Source: Clostridia bacterium (lineage in GTDB: Bacteria > Bacillota > Clostridia > UBA1381 > UMGS1253). From it: DNA of 64,000 nt. The notes beneath the pieces are model-generated. The model worked only from the letters and a program-made list of their open reading frames with translations, ran no database searches and was not told the DNA's origin. A program made the position numbers and the translations under genes. Below, one piece after another: positions 1 through 9,806 of this stretch. The number at the start of each line of letters is the position of its first letter. Position 1 is the first letter of the stretch. The DNA lies in NCBI GenBank assembly GCA_045652745.1, contig JAZRUW010000009.1, positions 23,865 to 87,864 on the forward strand, written 5' to 3'.

Positions 1-2
1 TG

Positions 3-728
3 GAAACGGCGGCAAAGTGCATTGCCGATACGGATGCGGATATGGTTTGTTTTGCACACCAAATCTATCGAAACGGCGTATACGGACCGACGGTGCGAGA
101 TTTGGCGGCGCCGGGACTTTACGATAAGGCGCGCTTGGAAAAGGAAGTTTTCCCGAAACTGCTTTCGGATGAAAACATGAAAAACTTGCACTATTTCGTG
201 TGGGGCAAGGCGATTCGGCGCACGTTGGCACAAAAGCACCAACTGCGCATCCCGACACAAGTTTCGCTCGGGGAAGACATCAGTTGTGTGATGCCGTGTT
301 ACATAGAGGCACAGCGCGTGTGCTTTAGCGATACGCCGGTGTATTACTACACCATTCGCGACGATTCGCTTTCGACGGATTTTAAGGCTTCGCAGATTAC
401 ACAGCTTGCCAATGTGAGTGCCTATCTGCAAAGTGACGGCGTGCCGAAAATGCCGGATTTTGAGGCACAGCATGAGCGGTATTGCTGTTTTATGTGTTTT
501 GCCATTTTAGCTGCAGCGGCGCAGGGCGGACACAAAGGAAGGCTCGGTGAGATTACGGATTTAATTCACTCGACAGGCTTGCAGACAATATTGCGGCGTG
601 CGCGGTTTGCGCGCATCAGTCCGAAAAGCCGTATTGCGATTGCTTTGATGCAGAAAAACCGTTATGGTGCGGCCTATGCGTTTTTGCGCGCGTGTCATCG
701 TTTGAAATCTATTTTAAAAAAGGGATGA
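3..728 (+). CDS. Glycosyltransferase family 2, 5'-truncated by the window edge
   Basis: Frame is open from position 3 (ETAAKCIADTDADMVCF...). Contains LGEDISC and YYYTIR motifs typical of the GT2 C-terminal half, and lies next to another GT2. Confidence 0.75.
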   Translation, partial: ETAAKCIADTDADMVCFAHQIYRNGVYGPTVRDLAAPGLYDKARLEKEVFPKLLSDENMKNLHYFVWGKAIRRTLAQKHQLRIPTQVSLGEDISCVMPCYIEAQRVCFSDTPVYYYTIRDDSLSTDFKASQITQLANVSAYLQSDGVPKMPDFEAQHERYCCFMCFAILAAAAQGGHKGRLGEITDLIHSTGLQTILRRARFARISPKSRIAIALMQKNRYGAAYAFLRACHRLKSILKKG

Positions 729-733
729 ATGTT

Positions 734-1813
734 ATGGAAAATGTAAAAATATCCTTGATTATGAGCGTCTATAACGGCGAAGACTATTTGGCCGAGGCAA
801 TAGACAGCGTACTGGGGCAAACCTTTACGGATTGGGAATGCATTATTATCAACGACTGCTCCACCGATTCTACGGCCGAGATTTTGGAAAGGTATGCCCA
901 AAAGGATGCGCGCATCCGCATACATACCAATGAGGTCAATCTACGCTTGCCAAAATCCCTTAACAAAGCGATTGAATTGGCGCGGGGCAAATATATCGCC
1001 CGTATGGATGCAGATGACATTTGTCTGCCGGACCGCCTGGAAAAACAGTTTGCGTTCATGGAAACGCACGGCGATATTGCGCTGTCGAGTTGTCGGTTTA
1101 TGACGCTTAAAAACGGACAAGTGCAATCGGGCGGCTGCGGCGGCATCGGCGAAGATGCATACTTGCGCGCCCTGCTTTTGGTGGCCAATCCGATTTTGCA
1201 TCCGGGCGTGATTGCCAAAGCGGAGGTCATGAAATCTCTGCGCTACGATACCAATCTGACCTGCACGGAGGATTTGGAGCTGTGGACACGCTTTGTGATG
1301 CAAGGGCATAAGATGCAGATTTTGCCGGAGTATCTGATGCTCTACCGTCTGCACGACAAGCAGATTACGCAGACAACGTTTGTGCGACAGCAAACGGAGG
1401 TGTTATCCATTATAAAAACCTATTTTGCGGCTACCTTGGAAGATTTGCCGCAGGATTTAGAGGAATTTTATATCCGTGGTGTGTACTTTACGCATGAGCG
1501 CGATATAAAAAAACTGCTTGCATTTTATCGTTGGCTTAAAAAGGCCAATGCAAAAACGCGCACCTTCGCACCCCGCGCAATAGATTATGCCGTGTTTGAG
1601 GTGCTTGCCGAGTATAAGCGAAGCGGCCTTGCCAAAAAAGATTTGCTTTGTGCGCTTGCACATTTCCCGCTCGGATTTGTCCTGGCTGAAACGGTAGCAA
1701 GAAAGCAAAGAGCGAAAAAAGACGGTCTTGCCTGCATTGAGGCGGCCAAGCGCGTCGGCTACGCGCATACCGGCGGCGACATTTCGTTTCCGCAGTTTTC
1801 AAAGGCAAAATGA
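734..1813 (+). CDS. Glycosyltransferase family 2
   Basis: ISLIMSVYNGEDYLAEAIDSVL...INDCSTD...ARMDADD motifs. Start is ATG 734 (or 725, which overlaps the previous stop). Confidence 0.9.
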   Translation: MENVKISLIMSVYNGEDYLAEAIDSVLGQTFTDWECIIINDCSTDSTAEILERYAQKDARIRIHTNEVNLRLPKSLNKAIELARGKYIARMDADDICLPDRLEKQFAFMETHGDIALSSCRFMTLKNGQVQSGGCGGIGEDAYLRALLLVANPILHPGVIAKAEVMKSLRYDTNLTCTEDLELWTRFVMQGHKMQILPEYLMLYRLHDKQITQTTFVRQQTEVLSIIKTYFAATLEDLPQDLEEFYIRGVYFTHERDIKKLLAFYRWLKKANAKTRTFAPRAIDYAVFEVLAEYKRSGLAKKDLLCALAHFPLGFVLAETVARKQRAKKDGLACIEAAKRVGYAHTGGDISFPQFSKAK

Positions 1814-1831
1814 CATTAGGAGTGATGTAGC

Positions 1832-3199
1832 TTGAAAATTCTTTTTGAATATCCTTACATACTGCTTACCATCCTGGTTTTGTGTGTTCTGGTGCTTGGT
1901 GGTGTCGGTGCCTATTTTGCAATGCAGGGTGTGCGCACGGCGAAGGGAACGGCCGGCGCGGATTTTGTAAATTCGGCACGTTTAAAAAAACATTACGATG
2001 CGTTTGTCCGCAATCGTGCACAAAGATGTATGCTTTATATTATGCTTTCGACTGACCGTGCACGCGGCCTGTATTCGTCCTCGGACATCGAGCGATTGGA
2101 AACGGAGATTGCAGGCTTGTTTTTGCGCAGATTTTACACGGATGCCGGCGGCATTACCGTATGCGAGGAAGCCGGCTATATTGTGCTTTGCGGCTGGGAG
2201 GCGGCGGAAGCCAAAGCCGCCATTGCGGACTGCATTACCGAACTCGGACAGCTGCTTTTAAAGCATAAGGCCATCAATGTGGTGGACTATGCTTTCGGCT
2301 ATTACTGTGCAAGTACAACGGAAGCAGAGTATGAAACTGCACTGGAGCGTGCAAAAAAAGCGTCTATGCTGGCGCAGGCGGAGCACAAGCCGTTTATGGA
2401 GTGGTCCAGTGCGGGGTCTAAGACGCTTGAACAGAAGATTGACATTGAAAATAAAATTGAAGCTGAGATTGACAACAATCGCTTTTTTCTGGAGTATCAG
2501 CCGGTAATCGATGCGAAAACAAAGAAGATTGTCGGTGCAGAGGTGCTTGCACGCCTCAATTCCGAGCAAGAGGGCGTTTTGTCGCCGGGCAGATTTTTGT
2601 CGGCGGTCAATTCGGTCGGTTTAAACGATAAATTTGATTACTATATTTTCGAGAAGAACTGCAAGTGGGTGTCAAACCGCCTTGCACAGCGCAGTGCGTA
2701 TGTGTACACGGTAAACTTTTCCAGAGCGACGCTTTGTGCGACGGACTTTGTGCAAAAAATTACAGAGCTTATAAAAAAATATGGTGTGCCGGCCTCGGCG
2801 CTTGCCATTGAAATTCTGGAGGATGAAAGCATTACGGGCGCAGCGCGCGAGCAGATGAAGGAAAACTTACGTACACTGCGTGCAATGGGATTTCTGATTT
2901 TGCTCGACGACTTCGGCAGCGGGTACACGACCTTCGGCGATTTGCAGAATTTTGACATCAGTACCGTAAAAATCGACAGGTCCATTACGAAAAATGCTAC
3001 CACGCCGGCAGGCTACACGATTTTGCAAAGTGTTGTGCGTACGGCGCACGAACTCGGTTTTAAAGCGGTGTGCGAGGGCATAGAAACGCCAGAGCAGGAA
3101 GCGGCGGCCGTTGAGGTCGGCTGCGATATGCTTCAGGGTTTTTACTACTATAAACCAATGCCGGTTTCCCAATTGGAAAAAATCTTTGAAGAGGAGTGA
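1832..3199 (+). CDS. Membrane-anchored EAL-domain c-di-GMP phosphodiesterase with a degenerate GGDEF-like region
   Basis: N-terminal TM helix, then LEYQPV, EVLAR (EAL-like), DDFGSGY, KIDRS, EGIE and QGFYY motifs. No GGDEF signature. Confidence 0.85.
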   Translation: MKILFEYPYILLTILVLCVLVLGGVGAYFAMQGVRTAKGTAGADFVNSARLKKHYDAFVRNRAQRCMLYIMLSTDRARGLYSSSDIERLETEIAGLFLRRFYTDAGGITVCEEAGYIVLCGWEAAEAKAAIADCITELGQLLLKHKAINVVDYAFGYYCASTTEAEYETALERAKKASMLAQAEHKPFMEWSSAGSKTLEQKIDIENKIEAEIDNNRFFLEYQPVIDAKTKKIVGAEVLARLNSEQEGVLSPGRFLSAVNSVGLNDKFDYYIFEKNCKWVSNRLAQRSAYVYTVNFSRATLCATDFVQKITELIKKYGVPASALAIEILEDESITGAAREQMKENLRTLRAMGFLILLDDFGSGYTTFGDLQNFDISTVKIDRSITKNATTPAGYTILQSVVRTAHELGFKAVCEGIETPEQEAAAVEVGCDMLQGFYYYKPMPVSQLEKIFEEE

Positions 3200-3204
3200 G
3201 ACTT

Positions 3205-4137
3205 ATGCTGTCCGTGCTTTTGCCTGCTTACAATGAAAGCGAGAATATCGAGCGTGCTTACCATGCGATTTCGGACATATTAAACGATGCAGAAATTCCG
3301 TTTGAAATCATTTTTATTGACGACGGTTCCACGGATGATACGTATGCCAAAATTACGGCCCTTACAAAGGAGTTTGCGTATATTCGCGGTTTGCATTTTT
3401 CCAGAAATTTCGGTAAGGAAGCCGCAATTGCCGCAGGACTTGCGGCGGCGCAGGGGGATTGCGCCGTAGTGCTCGATTGCGATTTGCAGCATCCGCCCGA
3501 AAAGATTGTTGAGATGTATGCGCTTTGGACGCAGGGGTATGAGATTGTGGAGGGCGTGAAAATTTCACGCGGCAAAGAGGATAAGCTGCGCGGTTTTGCC
3601 GCACGCAGTTTTTATGCGCTGATTAGTTCCATGGTGGGGTTTGACATGTCGAATGCATCGGATTTTAAACTCCTCGACCGTAAGGTGATGGATGTGATTA
3701 ACCGCATCCCCGAACGCAAAGGTTTTTTCAGAGCCATTTCGTTTTGGGTGGGGTATAAAAAAGCAACGGTGGAATTTGAGGTGCAGGCGCGCGGGGCGGG
3801 ACAGTCCAAGTGGTCAACCGTCGGCCTCATCCGCTATGCAATCTCCAACATTTCCGCCTATTCGACCGCACCGATGCAGATTGTCACGGTGCTGGGTTTT
3901 ATTATGCTGTTGGTTACGGCCGTTTTGGGTGTGTGGGCGCTGGTCGACAAATTGATGGGGCGCGCTTTGGAAGGTATGACCACGGTGATTTGGGTCACCA
4001 TCTTCATCGGTAGTATTATGATGATTTCGCTGGGCATTATCGGCTATTACGTGGCGCGCATTTACGAGGAAATCAAGGGCAGACCGAAGTACATTGTATC
4101 CGCAACGTGTGAAAGTAAAAAAGACGGGGTGAAATAA
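3205..4137 (+). CDS. GtrB/ArnC-like polyprenol-phosphate glycosyltransferase (GT2, two C-terminal TM helices)
   Basis: LPAYNE, IDDGSTD, SRNFGKEAAI, DCDLQHPPE and YVARIYEEIKGRPKYIV motifs. RBS GAGGAG upstream of ATG 3205. Confidence 0.9.
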   Translation: MLSVLLPAYNESENIERAYHAISDILNDAEIPFEIIFIDDGSTDDTYAKITALTKEFAYIRGLHFSRNFGKEAAIAAGLAAAQGDCAVVLDCDLQHPPEKIVEMYALWTQGYEIVEGVKISRGKEDKLRGFAARSFYALISSMVGFDMSNASDFKLLDRKVMDVINRIPERKGFFRAISFWVGYKKATVEFEVQARGAGQSKWSTVGLIRYAISNISAYSTAPMQIVTVLGFIMLLVTAVLGVWALVDKLMGRALEGMTTVIWVTIFIGSIMMISLGIIGYYVARIYEEIKGRPKYIVSATCESKKDGVK

Positions 4138-5141
4138 TGCAAAGAAATACATTGGTAGACCACCTGCGCGGCTATGCGTGTTTTTTGGTGTTGTTCGGGC
4201 ATGTGATTATGGGCATGCGTAATGCCGGTGTGCCGATGCCGTCGTTTTTTACCGCATTGGAAACATTTATATGGTCGTTTCATGTAGCGCTGTTTCTGTT
4301 TCTAAGCGGCAATGTTTACCGTCTGACGGACGGATGGCGTTCTAAAAAATCAAGACTTGGATTTATCGCGTACAAGGCGCTCAATCTCGGCGTACCATAT
4401 GTGGTGTTTTCCGTTGTGTATATTTGCATTAACAGCTTTGTGGGCAGTGCAAATACCATGTTTAAGCTTTCCGATATTCTCTACATTTGGAAAACCCCCG
4501 TTGCGCAGTATTGGTATTTGTATGCGCTGTTTTTTCTGCTTGTAATTTGGGCATTGCTTTCCGATTTTTTAAAGCCGTGGCTATTGACGGTGCTTGCCGT
4601 TGCGGTGGCCTATATCGTACCGGCACTCGGCGGTACACTCGGCAGTATTTCTTATGCCTTAGACAGTGCGCTTGCATTCGGTCTGGGTTTTTGTCTGTGC
4701 ATTAACGCATTGGAAAAATTACCGCGTGTGACCAAGGTGTGTGTGATTTTATTACATCTTGTTTTGGGTTTTGCGCTGGTGCTTTACGGCAAGGCAACAT
4801 TGGTCGGGCACAAGGAATTTTTGCTCATCGTCGGCGTTTATGCAAGCATTCAGCTGATTTCGCTTTTGCAGACATGCTCGCCGCTTGCAAAGGCGCTTGC
4901 GTTTTTAAACCGCTATTCCTTGCAGATTTATCTTTTGCATACGATTTTTACGGCAGGCGTGCGCATCGTACTGATGCGCGTCGGCATTGTATTCTGGCCG
5001 GTGCATTTGGTTGCAGGCTTGGTTGCCGGTCTGGGCATGAGTGTATTTGCATCTTGGGTTGCAAAAAAGACGAAAGTATTGGACTTTTTCTTTTTTCCGA
5101 GTAAGACCATACGGGTATTATCTTATAAAAATGCAGATTAA
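4137..5141 (+). CDS. Acyltransferase family 3 (OafA-like membrane O-acyltransferase)
   Basis: DHLRGYACFLVLFGH, FHVALFLFLSG, QYWYL and YSLQIYLLH motifs; many TM segments. Confidence 0.88.
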   Translation: MQRNTLVDHLRGYACFLVLFGHVIMGMRNAGVPMPSFFTALETFIWSFHVALFLFLSGNVYRLTDGWRSKKSRLGFIAYKALNLGVPYVVFSVVYICINSFVGSANTMFKLSDILYIWKTPVAQYWYLYALFFLLVIWALLSDFLKPWLLTVLAVAVAYIVPALGGTLGSISYALDSALAFGLGFCLCINALEKLPRVTKVCVILLHLVLGFALVLYGKATLVGHKEFLLIVGVYASIQLISLLQTCSPLAKALAFLNRYSLQIYLLHTIFTAGVRIVLMRVGIVFWPVHLVAGLVAGLGMSVFASWVAKKTKVLDFFFFPSKTIRVLSYKNAD

Positions 5142-5224
5142 CGAAAAAGTTTCGAAAGCAAACATTTGACTATTCGTGCGCAAAATGATAAAAATTTAAC
5201 CGAGTAATGTCAGGAGGAAAGATT

Positions 5225-6343
5225 ATGAAAAGTTATGTGTCAGAACATACTGCATCCATGTTTCAAACATTAAAGGAACTTTGCGGCATTCCGGCACCGT
5301 CGCACAAGGAGGAAAACCGTGCGGCTTACTGTAAGGCGTGGCTCGAAAGCATCGGCGCAAAGGGTGTATATATTGACGAAGCACTCAATGTAATTTTTTC
5401 GCTCGGTTGTAAGGATAGCAATGAAATCACGGTCTTTGCCGCGCATACGGACACGGTGTTTCCGGATTTGGAGCCGATGCCGTACACGGAGGATGACGAA
5501 AAAATTTATTCTCCGGGCGTTGCCGACGATACGGCAAGCGTCGTGGTGCTTTTACATACGGCAAAGTACTTTTTAGATAACAACATTGTCCCGGAAAAGG
5601 GCATTATGTTTGTTTGCAATTCCTGCGAAGAGGGCCTTGGTAACTTAAAGGGGACAAGACAGTTGTTTAAGGATTTTGAAGGCAGAATTAAGCAGTTTTT
5701 TACGTTGGATGCAAATTTGAACAGTGCTTCAGACCGCTGTGTCGGATCGCACCGTTACAGCGTAGAGGTAAAAACACCGGGCGGCCATTCGTTCGGCGCG
5801 TTCGGCAATAAAAACGCTTTGGCGGAGCTTTCGAAAATCATTACGGAGATTTATAAAATCAATGTGCCGAAAAAAGAGGGCACAAAGACCACATACAATG
5901 TCGGCATCGTGGAGGGCGGCACTTCGGTCAATACCATTGCGCAGAGTGCAAAAATGCTTTGCGAGTATCGCTCCGATGATAGAGATTGTCTTGCAACGAT
6001 GCAAGTGCATTTTGAAAGAATTTTTGCGGCGGCGCGCACGGAGGAAGTATCTGTGGAGGTAACTTTGGTCGGTGATCGCCCGTGTGCAAATATTGACCAG
6101 GAGAAAGTAGAAGAACTCAAGGCGATTGTAAATCCGATATACGAAGAAGCAATCGGCGAGCCGATTCAATGGAACAGCAGTTCTACGGACTGTAACATTC
6201 CGCTGTCGCTCGGCATTCCGGCGTTGGCTATAGGTGCAAATACATATGCAAATATGCATACGCGTGAAGAATGGGTGTCCAAGGCTTCTATTCCGGTGGG
6301 CCTTGAAGTTACGATTTTGACTGCGCTCGCATTAGCGAAATGA
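5225..6343 (+). CDS. M20/M25/M40 family metallo-hydrolase
   Basis: AHTDTV, ADD, CEEGLG, GGHS, GGTSVNTI, STDCN and HTREE motifs. RBS AGGAGG. Confidence 0.85.
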   Translation: MKSYVSEHTASMFQTLKELCGIPAPSHKEENRAAYCKAWLESIGAKGVYIDEALNVIFSLGCKDSNEITVFAAHTDTVFPDLEPMPYTEDDEKIYSPGVADDTASVVVLLHTAKYFLDNNIVPEKGIMFVCNSCEEGLGNLKGTRQLFKDFEGRIKQFFTLDANLNSASDRCVGSHRYSVEVKTPGGHSFGAFGNKNALAELSKIITEIYKINVPKKEGTKTTYNVGIVEGGTSVNTIAQSAKMLCEYRSDDRDCLATMQVHFERIFAAARTEEVSVEVTLVGDRPCANIDQEKVEELKAIVNPIYEEAIGEPIQWNSSSTDCNIPLSLGIPALAIGANTYANMHTREEWVSKASIPVGLEVTILTALALAK

Positions 6344-6486
6344 CGGGGGAAAACCTGCGCTACGCTATTACGGCACTGAAATTTACGAGTACATCAAAGA
6401 AAAGTCTGCCTCGTACGCAACGAAGATGACCCTGCGCGAAGACGATCTGATTGAGTGCTCTTGGTAAAAGCCAAAAGGGGATATAT

Positions 6487-7011
6487 ATGAACGTACTTGG
6501 TCATTTTTATACAATTACAAAGCACCGTCATAAGGTCATTGAGCACTGCTTTAAAGCCGGTATCTTTTGGCAGGGGCTTTTGCATGATTTATCGAAGTAT
6601 TCGCCGACGGAGTTTATAAATGGCGCAAAGTTTTATTCCGGTACGCACTCGCCGATTGTGGATGAACGTAAACAATTTGGCTACTCCGTAGCATGGATGC
6701 ACCACAAGGGCAGAAACAAGCACCATTTTGAATACTGGCGGGATTTGAATGCGGACACACACGAATATGTTGCGGTCAAGATGCCTTTAAAATACGTCAA
6801 GGAAATGTTTTGTGACCGCGTGGCGGCAAGCAAAATCTATCAGGGCAAAAAGTACACGGATGAATTTCCGTACAATTACTTCAAAAAAGAAAACTTTGCA
6901 TCGACGATGCATCCGGAGACGTACGATTTTATTGAAACTCTGCTTGTGATGCTCAAAGAGCACGGTGAAAAAGCGACATTTCGTTATATCAGAAAGCTTA
7001 AAAAATATTAA
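6487..7011 (+). CDS. DUF5662-like HD-motif protein
   Basis: GHFYTITKHRHKV...LLHDLSKYSPTEF...HHKGRNKHHFEYW...EMFCDRVAASK pattern. Confidence 0.75.
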   Translation: MNVLGHFYTITKHRHKVIEHCFKAGIFWQGLLHDLSKYSPTEFINGAKFYSGTHSPIVDERKQFGYSVAWMHHKGRNKHHFEYWRDLNADTHEYVAVKMPLKYVKEMFCDRVAASKIYQGKKYTDEFPYNYFKKENFASTMHPETYDFIETLLVMLKEHGEKATFRYIRKLKKY

Positions 7012-7030
7012 ACTTGTGCATAATTTTATA

Positions 7031-7059
7031 TTGAAAACACACTCCTTTTGTAGTATGAT
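7031..7059 (+). promoter_or_regulatory. Sigma-A-like promoter of the glycosidase / amidohydrolase-fusion operon
   Basis: TTGAAA-17bp-TATGAT. Confidence 0.6.
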
Positions 7060-7087
7060 GAAGCCATGATGCAAAAGGGGTGTTTTT

Positions 7088-8071
7088 ATGGATTTTGCAA
7101 AGCGAATGGGAAAGGTAAACCAAAATTCAATCTTTGAAATGGAAAACTATTTTGTGTGGTGCGGCACAGTCACCAAGGGCGATGACGGGCTGTACTATCT
7201 GTATTTTTCTTTCTGGCCGAAGGCGAAAGGCGCATTTAACGACCAGTGGGTCATTTGCTCCAAGGTCGGCTGGGCAGTCAGCGACAACCCCTACGGCGGC
7301 TTTCAATACGGCGGCATTGCACTCGAAGGCACCGGTAGCGGTTGGGATGCACATTCTATCCACAATCCGGCAGTGCTCAAAGTGGACGGTAAATACTATT
7401 TGTATCATATGGGCAACTACGGCAACGGTGAATACTGGAACCACAGAAATCATCAGCGTGTAGGCTGTGCTGTGGCGGATAATCCGCGCGGACCGTTTGT
7501 GCATTGCCAAAAGCCTGTTTTGGATGTGACCGAGGGCAGTTTTGACTCGCTCATGACTTCTAACCCGAGCGTAACCCAAGGACCGGACGGCAAGTTTTAT
7601 ATGATTTACAAGGCGGTGCACGATAACGGCGAGCGTCCAAAGGGCGGTGCGGTGGTTTGCGGTATCGCTGTAGCAGAGCATCCGCAGGGACCGTTTGTGA
7701 AATACGGCAAGCCGATTATGGTTAATCCCGAGCACGATTGGTCGGTAGAAGATGCGTTTATTTGGTATGAGGACGGCAAATTTTACAGTCTTGCCAAGGA
7801 TTTTCAGGGGTATTTTACCAAGACCTATCAGCGAAACCATACGGCACTTTTTGTATCGGAGAACGGCTTTGACTGGGCGCCGGATGCTCAGCATCCGCTG
7901 GCCTATAAAAACGAACTGGAATTTGAAGACGGGTTTCATCCGGTGCACCGTATGGAGCGTCCGCAGATTTATTTTGAGGACGGCAAGCCGAAGGTGATTT
8001 CCTGGGCAATTATGCCGGACAAGAGCGCCGAGCATACTTACAATATTATTATTCCTCTCGATAAGGAGTAA
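7088..8071 (+). CDS. Five-bladed beta-propeller glycoside hydrolase (GH43/GH117-like)
   Basis: Repeated blade motifs (HNPAV, SNPSV, EDAFIW, ERPQI; A-x-S/A-D-x-P-x-GPF). No signal peptide. Confidence 0.7.
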   Translation: MDFAKRMGKVNQNSIFEMENYFVWCGTVTKGDDGLYYLYFSFWPKAKGAFNDQWVICSKVGWAVSDNPYGGFQYGGIALEGTGSGWDAHSIHNPAVLKVDGKYYLYHMGNYGNGEYWNHRNHQRVGCAVADNPRGPFVHCQKPVLDVTEGSFDSLMTSNPSVTQGPDGKFYMIYKAVHDNGERPKGGAVVCGIAVAEHPQGPFVKYGKPIMVNPEHDWSVEDAFIWYEDGKFYSLAKDFQGYFTKTYQRNHTALFVSENGFDWAPDAQHPLAYKNELEFEDGFHPVHRMERPQIYFEDGKPKVISWAIMPDKSAEHTYNIIIPLDKE

Positions 8072-8075
8072 GGTT

Positions 8076-9758
8076 ATGAAGATTATAGACATGCACATTC
8101 ATATGGGGCCTGTGCCCGAGCAGGGCGATATTTTAGACAATATGGCGAAGGCCGGCGTGTACGGCGGTTGTATTTTTTCACCGCGTCCGAAACAGCACAA
8201 CCCGGTGACGGGCATGGATTTTGAGCCGCGTCTCGAAGCGGTGCTGAAATTCTGCGAGGGTAGACGCGACCGCCTGTTTCCGATTTTGTGGATTGACCCG
8301 CGCGAAGACAATATCTTAGCAAATATTGACAAGGCGATTGAGGACGGTATTGACGGCTTTAAAATCATTTGCTCGACTTTGTTTGTGTATGAAGAAGAGT
8401 CTATTGAAGTTTTAAAGTATATTGCCTCGAAAGGCAAACCGGTGTTTTTCCATTCCGGCATTTTGTGGGATGGTAAGGTATCGTCGGCCTACAATCGCCC
8501 GATGAACTGGGAGTCACTTTTGCACATCGAGGGCTTGCGTTTTTCGATGGGACATTGTTCGTGGCCGTGGATGGACGAGTGCATTGCCATGTATGGCAAG
8601 TTTTTAAACTCGGACAACAAGGGCACAACCAAGCACGCGGAAATGTTTTTGGATATAACACCGGGCACACCGGACATTTATCGCGAAGAACTGATGGCAA
8701 AGCTGTTTACGATTGGGTATGATTTTAACCATAATCTGATGTTTGGTACGGACACCTATGCCGAGAAATACAGCAGCAGCTGGGCAGCGCATTGGTTGGA
8801 AACCGACCGCAAGCTGATGGACAAATTTGGTGTATGTAAAGCAGTGCGTGAAAATATTTATTACAACAATGTGCTTCGGTTTCTGGGCAAGACCGACACG
8901 GCGGTAGAGCATGCGCGCCCGAGCGAGGACGATGCAAATGCGTGGAGTCCTGTCAATGATGAGGTCAAGGATGTTATCCGCAAGTGGCATGATAAAATCG
9001 GCTTTGCAGATTTATACAAGGGCGAATTTGAGCGCGCATTAAAGACAGTGAAAATTTCGGACGCCATTACGATTGACGGCTACGATGTAACCGAGCCGGA
9101 CGGCAAGAGAAATCTTTTATCGTACCTTTTCTTCTGTGAGCAGTTGGAAAGACGGTACAAAGAAAAGGGCATCTCCGAAGAAATTTTAATGGATACACTG
9201 GGCGATATTTCCATTTGGACGGATGTGTGGAGTGGCATCAAAGGAGAGCTTTACTTAGGCGAAGTTGCGTGGCTGAAACGTCACATGGACATGAAACTGT
9301 TCAAACTCGGCCGTTTGCAGTTCTGTATGGCGGGTTCGGAGTTTGATATTCCCGAAATTGGTGTGCAGAAGGGTGATAATGTAATTGAAGTGCATATTCC
9401 GGAGGGCGAAGCTATGACGCCGTCTGCGTGCGCAGACTCCATTGAAAAAGCTAAGGCATTTTTTGCAAAGTATTTCCCGGAATTTGAATACAAGTATTTT
9501 ACCTGCCACAGTTGGCTGCTGGACACTTCTTTAAAAGAAATCCTGCCTGCGGACAGCAATATTGTAAAGCTCCAAAATTTGTTTACCATTGTGCGTGCGG
9601 ATAAATCCGATGCGATACTCAAATACGTATTTTACTGGAATACGACCAGGTATATGGCAAAGAAACTGCCGTGTGCAACAAGTTTTGCCAAGGCGGTGCA
9701 ACAGCGTGTGCGCGCCGACGGCGATTTTTATGAAAGTTTAGGCTATTTTGCAAAATAA
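8076..9758 (+). CDS. Amidohydrolase-2 domain fused to a C-terminal GNAT-like N-acyltransferase domain
   Basis: N-terminal DMHIH, GFKI, FHSG, GHCSWP and FGTD (amidohydrolase). C-terminal LFKLGRLQF, EVHIPEG and TCHSWLLD (NAT_N/GNAT_C-type). Confidence 0.75.
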   Translation: MKIIDMHIHMGPVPEQGDILDNMAKAGVYGGCIFSPRPKQHNPVTGMDFEPRLEAVLKFCEGRRDRLFPILWIDPREDNILANIDKAIEDGIDGFKIICSTLFVYEEESIEVLKYIASKGKPVFFHSGILWDGKVSSAYNRPMNWESLLHIEGLRFSMGHCSWPWMDECIAMYGKFLNSDNKGTTKHAEMFLDITPGTPDIYREELMAKLFTIGYDFNHNLMFGTDTYAEKYSSSWAAHWLETDRKLMDKFGVCKAVRENIYYNNVLRFLGKTDTAVEHARPSEDDANAWSPVNDEVKDVIRKWHDKIGFADLYKGEFERALKTVKISDAITIDGYDVTEPDGKRNLLSYLFFCEQLERRYKEKGISEEILMDTLGDISIWTDVWSGIKGELYLGEVAWLKRHMDMKLFKLGRLQFCMAGSEFDIPEIGVQKGDNVIEVHIPEGEAMTPSACADSIEKAKAFFAKYFPEFEYKYFTCHSWLLDTSLKEILPADSNIVKLQNLFTIVRADKSDAILKYVFYWNTTRYMAKKLPCATSFAKAVQQRVRADGDFYESLGYFAK

Positions 9759-9759
9759 G

Positions 9760-9797
9760 AAAAGGTGCTGTAAAGTTGTTTTTACAGCACCTTTTTT
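9760..9797. terminator. Bidirectional intrinsic terminator between convergent genes
   Basis: 15-bp perfect stem AAAAGGTGCTGTAAA / TTTACAGCACCTTTT. Confidence 0.8.
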
Positions 9798-9806
9798 ACA
9801 TACGCT

